Below the pieces are notes generated by a model. It was given only the letters and a program-made list of their open reading frames with translations, had not been told where the DNA came from and made no database searches. This document shows positions 53,692 to 64,000 of a DNA stretch of 64,000 nucleotides, one piece after another. A program made the position numbers and the translations under genes. Location of the stretch: contig NW_025964361.1 of the NCBI RefSeq assembly GCF_023055435.1, forward strand, positions 30,132,001-30,196,000, read 5' to 3'. The number at the start of each line of letters is the position of its first letter. Position 1 is the stretch's first letter. The stretch is from Haliotis rufescens. Lineage: Eukaryota.

Positions 53692-53960
53692 GGCCCGTGA
53701 AGATTCCGGGGTAGAATAGGTCTTCAGCAACCCATGCTTGCCGTAAAAGGCGACTATGCTTGTCGTAAAAGGCGACTAACGGGATCGGGTGGTCAGGCTC
53801 GCTGACTTGGTTGATGCATGTCATCGATTCCAATTGCGTGGATCGATGCTCATGATGTCAATCACTGGATTGTCTGGTCCAGACTCGATTATTTACAGAC
53901 CGCCGTCATATAGCTGGAATATTGCTGAGTGCGGCGTTAAACAACAAACCAACCAACCAA
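53692..53960 (+). mobile_element. Family A retroposon, full length, young
   Basis: 12-bp TSD ccatttcgcgaa. Confidence 0.95.
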
Positions 53961-55296
53961 CCATTTCGCGAACACCTGGTGTCATCACAGATTTTCAGTG
54001 ATAAATTCATATAACTTTCACAGCTATTTTGCCTTTACGCCTAATGGAATCGGCGGATAATCAAGACAGGTTATTCTCTAGCGTTGTTTAATATTTTGGC
54101 AGCTTTAGTGTAGGACGGTTGTATTCGTCATCCATGAGTAAATAAAACTTGATTGCCCCTTCCAGAACAATTTAAGTTCTGGTGCAGCTTTTACCTTTTA
54201 GCTTTTACTTTGGTTGAGGCATATATGTTCATGGAGTAGATATAGTTTATTGTCTGATTTATCAGAATAGCGCGTCGATGGTCGACATCATTTTAGCTAC
54301 AGAACATCCAGATGTTCAAACATCACAAAACATAATCATTAGTCTTCATAACAAATGTAAATAATACGTCCCGGCGTTCTTGTAAACGAATAAAACGGAG
54401 GAGAATGATATGTGTACTTACTGCATCTAATAGCTCCCCTCACCGCATAATGACACTCCTATTTTACAGTCATTCCATACACCCGCCTCGAGAGAAACCC
54501 ACAAGAAATAAATATCAAATAATCCGGAATTATTTGTGACCAGATTTTAGAAATATTCTCTGAGGAAATATGCACTAACGATTACTGATTAAATAAAACA
54601 GAGGGCAATACTCTGCATTGTAGCAAAATGGCGTCGGGGCTCTAGAGGACTATTTCTTAGCCATATGTCCCCCTGAGGTATTGGCTGGTCGAAAAATCCA
54701 TATCAGTTTTCGTTGAGGTTCCAGCGCCACAAAGGGCCTACTGGAGTGTGTGAATGAGGTTTCTCAACAAACCCATGTCTATCTAGTGTGCCTCGTGCTG
54801 CAAGGAGAAGAAGGGCAATTGGGACTGTTGATGACTCCTTCAACCTATGATAGATAGGGAACGGTAATAGATTTCAAGGGCGAAACTGGTTAGAGGTTGA
54901 CCTTCTAACCAAACCTCGTGACGGTTATATTTTGAATTAGCCATCGGGGTGTTGGTTGAATAATGATGGTGTATTATTTGTTGATAAAACGTTGAATACA
55001 ACGTTTTTGGAGATACACCAGAAACTATTGCAGTATAAAATTTGAATAACTGCAGGTATCGTATATGGTAAGTTGTTACAAGATTAATTTCAAATGGCCG
55101 TCTTGTATCGCGTGTAGAATATGTTACCGTTTTCCTTGCGATTAGTCGAACCTGCTTTTTTCATTTCGTCAGGAAAATGTAAGGCAAACATTTTTTAGTT
55201 GTACAACATGAAAACTTTCAATCATACACGGGGCGAATGTAAAAATTCACAATTGAGGATGTCAACCACTGTTTTCGGGCATCTTCTTAGATTGTC

Positions 55297-55570
55297 GACC
55301 CGTGAAGATTCCGGGGTAGAATAGGTCTTCAGCAACCCATGCTTGCCGTAAAAGGCGGCTATGCTTGTCGTAAAAGGCGACTGACGGGATCGGGTGGTCA
55401 GGCTCGCTGACTTGGTTGATGCATGTCATCGATCCCAATTGAGTAGATCGATGCTCATGATATTATTCACTGGATTGTCTGGTCCAGACTCGATTATTTA
55501 CAGACTGCCGTCATACAGCTGGAATATTGCTGAGTGCGGCGTTAAACAACAAACTAACCAACCAAACCAA
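55297..55570 (+). mobile_element. Family A retroposon, full length
   Basis: TSD cttagatt(g/a)tc. Confidence 0.95.
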
Positions 55571-55784
55571 CTTAGATTATCATCGTAGAATATGCCGAGA
55601 CAATAAAATTGCACAACAATGCTTTGCAGGTCATTATGATGTCATCGTTACCATGACGTCACAAATATTTAGATTCTCAAAATTAAACCAGATGTTATTT
55701 ATCAGACCCACACTTTAATGATTTTAAAGGGATACTGTCTGAAAAGTATTGTTTTTGTCATGTGTTTCCCAAGCCAGGCATCAA

Positions 55785-56065
55785 GTCCTTTAGTCCTAAA
55801 CAGCTAAAAGTATTTCTCTAGCTTCCAACCACTATATTATTTATTTGGACTCAACAGCTGACGTATTTATCTAGGAACCAAAAACATTTTTCTCTAGCCC
55901 TCAACCATAAAAAGTTTTTTTAAGCCTCATCCATAAAGTGCATTTCTCTAGCCTCAAACGCAAAATGTATCTCTCTAACCGCCAGCCACTGAAAGTATAT
56001 ATCGAGCGCTCAATCGTTAAAGTATGTCTCTTATCTCCAACCACCAAAAGTATTTCTCGAGCCTA
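55785..56065. repeat. Degenerate minisatellite, ~30-bp unit
   Basis: aaagtatttctctagcc.caacca recurs. Confidence 0.7.
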
Positions 56066-56240
56066 AAATTTTTCTTAAAGTTACGCAATCTACATCACCT
56101 CGGTGATAGAACAAACCATGGCATACTCAAAAGAAATAGTATTTGCAGTAGAATCGAATTTAATTTAAACTCAGCATACTGTATAAATGAGACTGAAGAC
56201 AGTTCTCGCCAGAATACATACTAAAGACAACTGTACCAAG

Positions 56241-56414
56241 TGAGTGAGTGAGTGAGTGAGTATGGTTTAACGCCGCTTTTAGCAATATTCCAGCGATATC
56301 ACGGCGGGGGACACCTTAAATGGTCTTCACACATTGTACCCATGTCGGGAATCGAACCCGGGTCTTCGACGTGACGAGCGAACGCTTTCACCACTAGGCT
56401 ACCCGACCGCCCCG
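56241..56414 (-). mobile_element. Family B SINE, full length
   Basis: 11-bp TSD actgtaccaag; A and B boxes intact. Confidence 0.95.
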
Positions 56415-57120
56415 ACTGTACCAAGAGAACGAAAAGTAGATTAATATATCCGAGGTGTACCCACAGGCCTTGAGCTTACCATTGCTACACCAAGCTGTCG
56501 TCCAAGGCTACTAGCTTGATTTGAAGTATTTATTGCCATGGTAAAACACAAGGGGGTAGATCTGGACCAGCGCAAGTCCAGCTGATTGTGTCTGATGAGA
56601 GTAGCTCGGCAAGTGTATGTTCGCGAAGCCATCAACTTAGGTGAAGTCACTAGGTGTCTCACTCAACAATAGGATGGCACGTCAGTCATATATACAGAGT
56701 GAGTGACTATAGTTTAAAGCCGCAGTCAACAGATATCAAGTTATAGCAAGGCGGCTGTTAATAATGAGTGAGCGAATGTTGTATGAAGCGGCATCAACAG
56801 ATGTCCAGGTGTAGCTAGGTGGCTGTACATAATATGAGTGAGTGAATGTTGTGTGAGGCCGCAGACAACAGAAATCCAGCTATGTCAGTTAAATGAATGC
56901 ATCAGCAACGATCTGGGTCGACTCTTACGACAAACAGGACTTGCTTGGGACTATTCCCACCCGGAATCACTATTGGGGTAAATATACAGAGAAAGGGTTA
57001 CCAATGTCAAATAATGCCTTTTAGAAATCTAGTATTAGTTATAACGTTATCACAATAATTAGTAAGATATGGGGGTGGGTCAACCAAGTGATTACGCTTT
57101 GGCGTCATAACGAATTCCCG

Positions 57121-57357
57121 TGTCTGTTTGTCATTTGACGAGCAATATTCAAGCTTTATGACGGAGGCCTGTGAATGATCGAGTCTGCACCAGACAATCC
57201 AGCGATTGATATCATGAGCAATACGATGACATGCGTCAACCAAGTCGGCGAGCCTGACCACCCCATCCCGTTAGTCGCCTTTTAAAAAGAGCATAGTCGC
57301 CACCTAAAACAAGCATGGGTTGCTGAAGACCAATTGTAACCCGGATGTTTACGGGGC
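57121..57357 (-). mobile_element. Family A retroposon, diverged
   Basis: Reverse-complement match. Confidence 0.85.
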
Positions 57358-58549
57358 CCGGTATCAATGTATGGAGTGGGAAGCGTAATACTCTAATCAC
57401 GCACACTAAAATAAGACCTCAGTGCGACGGTCAATGCGTGAATAAGGCTTCTATGTTGTAAGGATTTTTGTGAAACATCAAAATCTTTGAAATAGGTATA
57501 CCAGACTCGTGTGTTTGTTGTTTAACGCCCTACAATAAATCAACTGTATACCGATCGGCGACACCGTCTATATCTGATGTGACGATACTGTATGAAAAAA
57601 TGTTTTCTTATTCTGTTTGAGTTTGGAAAACAAATCTCGAATTACGTCACTTGTTATTCTGCCTATTAAGAAAAGAGGATCCAAAATGGCAGTCGACAAT
57701 AAATCGATTTGACAAAATAGACATCAATAGATTGAAAGTTCTGAACCAAACACAAAGCTCAACACAAAAATAGCAAAGCGTTAGTCTTTTTTAAGACGAC
57801 TTCAATGTAGCTTATGACATATTCTTTGTATTCTCGGAATAAAACTCGGAGATATGTTTTAGTACATCTAAAATGGTGACAAGATTAGTTTCACGCTTGT
57901 TGTTATGGTATAAACATTAGATATACTCTACGGTAGTGAACAGACAATGATATTTGAACAATGTGGACGAATGTGGACGAAATACAGTGACGCCGCGTCA
58001 ATCCGGATGGCACCGTTCCCAGTGAATTCATCCAGATTGACAACTGTTAAAGAAGTTCTCGATTTCCCTTTAATTATACATAAACGTTCCGAACAGTAAG
58101 CGTGGTCCGTTTTAGAAACCTCGTAAACACGGACGTTGAGGTGACCCTCCATTTTGGGTAGCTTATGTTTCGCGTATGCCGGTTACGTGAAGCTGTTAAA
58201 TAAAACGTTTTCGTAGCACAGCTCATGTTTTATCAGTGAGACCTTACAACTTGCGACGTTTGCCATTTTTGAGCGCATAACAGTCTTAGACAATATTTAA
58301 CACTTGTAGCTTTTGAAATCAGTCTTATTTGTGCAGTTAATTTTACACGATGAGATACACAATTCAGTATTCAACATATCCGTTAAATTGTAAAGTCAGA
58401 GGTAGGGCTAGCCGGCGACCAAACTACTCAGACACCGTTAACTCGCGACGTTTTCAGAAATTAACTCACGAAACCCAAGTTGTATGTAAATCGTCGCTTT
58501 GTTAACACCAAGTTGCATACAACTTATGTTCGTACTACAAAATGCGAAT

Positions 58550-58750
58550 GCCAGTACCCTGCACAAATTCTCTACCATTCCAGTACTCTAGACCCATTCT
58601 CTACCATTCCAGTACTCTGGACCCATTCTCTACCATTCCAGTACTCTGGACCAATTCTCTACCATTCCAGTACTCTGGACCAATTCTCTACCATTCCAGT
58701 ACTCTGGACCCATTCTCTACCATTCCAGTACTCTGGACACATTCTCTACC
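58550..58750. repeat. Minisatellite, 29-bp unit, ~7 copies
   Basis: cattctctaccattccagtactctggacc. Confidence 0.95.
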
Positions 58751-59015
58751 AAAACTTCCTATCAAAGTGCATGACGCTAAAAATACCATCCAATCAAATT
58801 ACACGGCTAAGTTATCAAATTCTCTGCTAAGTTCCTAATAAGAGACTTGGATATGGTCACGTCACTTCTGAAACAAAGTTTGAGTAAGAATGGATCCAGG
58901 GAATTGATCATAATAGAATGGAGATAATATACCCAAGATAATCGAAGATGAATGTATTCAGTTACAAGAACGTTGCATTTATGTATTCTTGTCCATGTCT
59001 TCCGCCAGGCATTGG

Positions 59016-59355
59016 AGGTGAGGTGAGGTGAGGTGGGGTGAGGTGAGGTGAGGTGAGGTGAGGTGAGGTGAGGTGAGGTGAGGTGAGGTGAGGTGAGGTG
59101 AGGTGAGGTGAAGTGAGGTGAGGTGAGGTGGGGTGAGGTGAGGTGAATTGAGGTGAGGTGAGGTGAGGTGAATTGAGGTGAGGTGAGGTGAGGTGAGGTG
59201 AGGTGGGGTGAGGTGAGGTGAGGTGAGGCGAGGTGAGGTGAGGTGAGGTGGGGTGAGGTGAGGTGAGGTGAGGTGGGGTGAGGTGAGGTGGGGTGAGGTG
59301 AGGTGAGGTGAGGCGAGGTGAGGTGGGGTGAGGTGAGGTGAGGTGAGGTGAGGTG
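59016..59355. repeat. (GAGGT)n pentanucleotide microsatellite
   Basis: Visible directly; explains ORFs 58807..59376 and 58979..59404. Confidence 0.98.
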
Positions 59356-60935
59356 TGACCTTACCCTCTCGGGCACGAGGAGCTAGATACAGTTTCTCTA
59401 ACATTGTTCTGCCGTCAGAGTTATTCGGATACCATACACAGAAGGTTCACATTGATTTTGTCACGGGCACACTAATTCCTATCTGCTTATGATATATATC
59501 GCTTTAAATGCTATTGTGCGACATTAGATCTCTGGCTGTCAGGCACAACCCCATTAGTAAATGAATTGACTTGAAACATTTATCCTCGCACTTCGCCATA
59601 ATTGCAACCATAGCAATTACTAAAATAATCTCCCTTGTATGACATTGTCAACTCTGTTTAGAGGCGATGTGCGTTGACAACGTTATAAATAATTGACGGC
59701 AAGGCTGGATTGCAAGGCCTCATATTTCCCCCCGGGTAAGCACACAGATAAAAAGTCATGTGCCAGATATCTATGGCCCATTAGGCTAGTGGTTTACCCG
59801 CCATGGCTAGAAAATCACTACTTGATTATTATTCATCTCAGTCAGAAACCCAACTGACCACGTTAATAAAACCGGTCAGAAAACGGACAGCACTTGTGCC
59901 CCCAACAACCCCCGTGTCCCCTCTCCATGGTGGCAATTTTAGTGGTATTCTGTATGCTAATGACCCTTTCATTCCACTAATTGTTTCAGCCTTGCGCCGC
60001 CAGGGATCAATAGACATAGACGAGACCTATCCGACTGCATGCTGCAGTCGATTGAATACGCCATTTTTATCAAAAAGGCGATTTGGTCATGTTGGGGGCA
60101 GTTATCGTCCTGTCGTGACGTTCCTGCCCGGGGGTGGCCCATGGTGGTGCCTGTCCGCTGGCCTGAGACCCCTTCATGAATTCACCGCCATGAATCATGA
60201 GCAGAGTCGGGTTTCCAGTTTGGTGTCGTCTGCTGAAGACTCAGCCGTTTCCTCAATTCGTCGAAACGTATTCCATTTGTAACATGACACAAATCTCAAC
60301 ACGAATTATTGTAATTATCTGACAGAGGAATAAGCCATGAACAGAAATTGTCGCGAGACGGCAAATTGATAACTGCAGAACATGCAAAGGGACTTCTTCG
60401 TTGCCCAGAACGCCCCGGAGCTGAGACCACGCATGTCAACAGATCTCCAGACCATCAAGCTGTGTCTTCTCGCTGACTGACATACATACATACAACACAT
60501 GTCACTCCACCATGAGTCTTGAAAATTAATTACTTCTCAGGCACGCGTAACGTTAGACGTCTTCTTTGGGACTGTCCAGTTAGATAGTCCGTATACAGAT
60601 GACTTGTAATGTATCTTCTGAATAGGAGAGCAGAGTTCTCTTAGGTCAGGGAATTTAAGAAAACATATAATCCCAAAGAACGTCTCCGTTACCGTCTTCG
60701 TGAATTATGCTTGCACGCGTGGAAAGTTCTGAGAAGTTTGGACGACACCTCGAGACAGCTATCTGACGCATTGTATTTGCTGAGTGCGGCGTTAAACAAC
60801 AAACCAACCAACCAACTGGAGGAGTGAAACTGAGATATACAACTCCTTCAGTGTTTATCCTTGTCTTTTCACCCTAGTATAGAACTGTATCTCGTTGTCA
60901 GGTACAGCCACGACACGGACACCGGTTCTTAGGTA

Positions 60936-61036
60936 AGTGAGTATTGTTTTATTCCGCGTTTAGCAATATTCCAGCAATATCACGGCGGGAGACAACAGAA
61001 ATGGGCTTCACACATTGTACCCATGTGGGGAACCGA
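60936..61036 (-). mobile_element. Family B SINE 3' fragment
   Basis: agcaatattccagcaatatcacggcggg...gggcttcacacattgtaccc. Confidence 0.85.
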
Positions 61037-61395
61037 ATCGCTGTTATTACACAACAAGGACACCTAGAATATTCGAACTTTTATAAAATCTGTAAAACGA
61101 TCCAAAATGTGATGTTATTATATCAATTTCAAACAAACTTAATTATGTCGATCCAGTCAATCTGGATTCATTAAACTTATAATCAACCTCTTTAATTGTA
61201 AATCTGGGTTGAACCTGTCATTAAACGGCGCATCTTTAATTAAATGTCCAATTTCCGGAACGAGTCTATCCCCTGACTGGTATAACCATACTAAGAAAAT
61301 CAATCAGTTGTTGTGTGACACACATATAATTATATATCCGTAACTTGCTACCACACAAATGTACAGATAGACCAACCACACCCTCAATACTCCCC

Positions 61396-61557
61396 GGGCG
61401 GTCGGGTACCCTAGTGGTTAAAGCGTTCGCTCGTCACGCTGAAGACCCGGGTTCGATTCCCGACACGGGTACAATGTGTGAAGCCCTTTTAAGGTGTCCC
61501 CCGCCGTGATATCGCTGGAATATTGCTAAAAGCGGCGTTAAACCATACTCACTCACT
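61396..61557 (+). mobile_element. Family B SINE, full length, young
   Basis: Perfect 19-bp TSD cacaccctcaatactcccc; near-identical to the 56241-56414 copy. Confidence 0.95.
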
Positions 61558-64000
61558 CACACCCTCAATACTCCCCACACACGAGACAGTCAATTTCACA
61601 ACGACCGCCAGCTTTTCAATTACATGAAACCCGACCGTATCCTTACCCGCCAATTACGATGTTTAGGGGAAATTAAGCAAGAACGTTTGCAATTGTATTG
61701 AGTGCTTGGCTGTTTCAGAAGAAAACTGTTCGCTCGTTAGCCAGTCCATCAGCGTGGAAGAGAAGCATCCAAACCACTTTGGTCGCCTTGCGATCCTCAT
61801 TACAAAAATGATTTGTGTTATTCGTTTAAAAGAATGGATAAATACTTTAATACGCTTCGCCATTAGATGCTAAAACGCATTTGTTGTACGTTCAATAATG
61901 TCTTAATTTCACGGCTTTGCAAAACAATTTGAGTTTTCAACAACCGCCGTTTCCAATTGCCGTGGCATGCACCATAACTATAAAGCTTGCACTGAAAGTT
62001 ATAGGCCTAATTTGCAGGCGGGGGAAAGTCCCCGTGGACACCGTTAGCTTCTTACTTATAATCGGCGTAACACAAGATGGCAGTGTACGCAGGGCTCACT
62101 GATTCTAGCTGAAGTAATCTGACGCATCTGTGCGTTCATGATAATGATAATAAGTATTAGAATCCGTCAATCAACGCTTCTTTACAATACCTTCTTTGAA
62201 GCGGTTGTCTGAAGAAAAAGACTTGGCACCGAAACCAATATCTTTTAATAAGACTGTGGTTGTCGTTGCTGGACATAAAATTCTTCAGCTTAAAGGATTT
62301 GTATCTGGGTCAATATATTTGTTTTTATATGAAATTTTATTGGAATTCGTGGATTATTTTTTTAACTGAAAGTGTCCCGGTGCTTTACTGGAATGATCTG
62401 TCTAAAGCAACAACTTTGCAATTACCGTTACTTTAAATGTGAACTTCAGTTTCAAGTTTGAACCCTCTGTTAAACTTACAAAAAGGCTCACACCATTAAA
62501 GGCCATTTCAGTTTAATTACGAGAGAGATAATTCATCGTAATTTATTTTTTTACAGACATGTACCAAACACAAATAATAGAAAACATTGTTTCTTTTGCG
62601 ACAGAAGGTAAAGTCCTTTATGGAAATGTTCCACGCTATCGTAAGGGAAACTTAAAATAAAAGTGTGAACGATTTCTTTCAGGGCGATGAGCAGTCCGGT
62701 TACTTCTAATAAAAGTTTATCCGGATTTTAATGGGAGAGTTATCTTCCCTTGCCTTAACAATTCTACCATGGCGGATTGAGTTTCAGCTCAGTGAAAAAA
62801 GGTGACAAGGTTAATTTGCAAAATATGTTGCCGATAACGTTATATTTCTTCATGATCCCAAAATGAGGTCAAAATAAGTGCGCCACACCATTCCCAGCAG
62901 CACCTCGTCGCTGCCACTTCTGATTGCCTCGGTCCGTGTGTTCTCAATGTGCCACTCAACTCGGTAATGCTTTTCACAAAGATGAAGTCGGACCCCCATC
63001 CCCCCAATCTAATATGAAAGCCAGGCCACAGAATCAATTCAATTCAATGTCCACTTCCAAATGTCATGAGAGATTAACGATCAGGCTAAATTGAAATATG
63101 ATCAGCTGTGGGGCCGACCGATATGAGGAACTTAATTTCATAAAAGTTACTACCCCGATTACTAATGCCCGATCGGGGCGGGTGGTAGAGACATTGCTGC
63201 CCCAAACAGGGTTGCGTAACGATATCGTGCCTCAAATGTTTCAGCATGGGACTTATTTTCTGTGTCCGTTGGTAGTCGGCATTTAGCATAATGTAATGGA
63301 AAGTGGATGGCTAGCATTGGCGCGGGGTCGAGTTTCGTTTGTGAATGATCACCTGCGTCCTCATCAAAGAGATTTCATGATCTTAACACCAGTTGCCCAT
63401 TCGTGACCAACTCGTGTTATTCCGGGACAAGCCGAATAGCGACTCGTGCCCCTCTCGTGGCCATTTTTGCAACCGGGTTCCGTCTTAGCGCAAACGGGCA
63501 TACCTAAAACAATTGTCAACTCGTTGCGCAATGATTCACATATACTTCCCGATATATTATTTATATTTCAGATGCAATTTAAAGCACATCAGGACATGCG
63601 AAATTATACATTATGATTGAACACATTTAACTGCGTCTTGGGTATATTTTTAGATGCAAGACATATGTAAAAACATAAATTATTTCTGAGGGATTCTTTG
63701 ACGAAGAACTTGAAATCATACGCGCATTCTGATTGGTTTGTCGTATTTTCGCACATAACATTCATCGATAGGGGGACGAGTCTTCTTGCAGGTTACGGAA
63801 AGGGGCGAGTGGTGACGAATGACCAGTTGCCTTTACCGACTAACACGCATGCGCCGAGGGAGCGACATGCACTGGATGCCTATATATGGAAAGGTTCTGT
63901 CAACGTTGCTCATATTGCATATCATACCATCACATATCTTACATATATAAAAGCGTTAATTATAAGATAGAATCATGTATTTCTGTCAAATATCGTCATT

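Noticed and set aside
57928-58152. ORF containing DHAY (DHxY motif seen in THAP and transposon proteins)
   Set aside because: Four-residue motif only, with no THAP or transposase signature nearby.
58550-58750. 29-bp repeats of CRISPR-like length (also 27879-28105, 45870-46170)
   Set aside because: Head-to-tail tandem units with no unique spacers, no cas genes and a eukaryotic context.
58807-59404. HLTSP-repeat ORFs
   Set aside because: Translations of the (GAGGT)n microsatellite.
62200-62245. Hammerhead-like core ctgaaga...gaaac in a Penelope-3'-end-like context
   Set aside because: Stem II does not pair (aaaagacttggcacc) and there is no stem III or cleavage triplet; at most a dead relic.

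Overview
Eukaryotic, AT-rich, repeat-dense non-coding DNA, most likely from a mollusc. The dominant short repeats match my recollection of abalone (Haliotis) repeats; this is unverified. I see no complete protein-coding gene, rRNA, authentic tRNA gene or CRISPR array. The window holds four short retroposon families. Family A is a ~260-nt element with no tRNA head (~20 copies), and families B, C and D are tRNA-headed SINEs; all four have related 3' tails. Also present are a decayed Gmr1-type gypsy LTR element (gag-PR-INT-RT-RH order, ~40.1-45.2 kb) with five nested insertions, three LINE 3' fragments (two RTE-X/CR1-like, one R4/Dong-like), a Helentron-type element with internal ~157-bp tandem repeats, several MITEs (TA-TSD CAGT-ended, hAT-like, foldback) and many mini/microsatellites. 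Two phase-compatible candidate exons on the minus strand (47753-47846, 17528-17824) suggest much of the window may be intron of an unidentified secreted or membrane-protein gene. The best-supported unusual observation is a TSD-documented 3' transduction, with source (52770-53960) and daughter (43188-43908) both inside the window. The most promising lead is the fixed, structured, non-tRNA 5' end of family A. I found no convincing novel protein-coding system.
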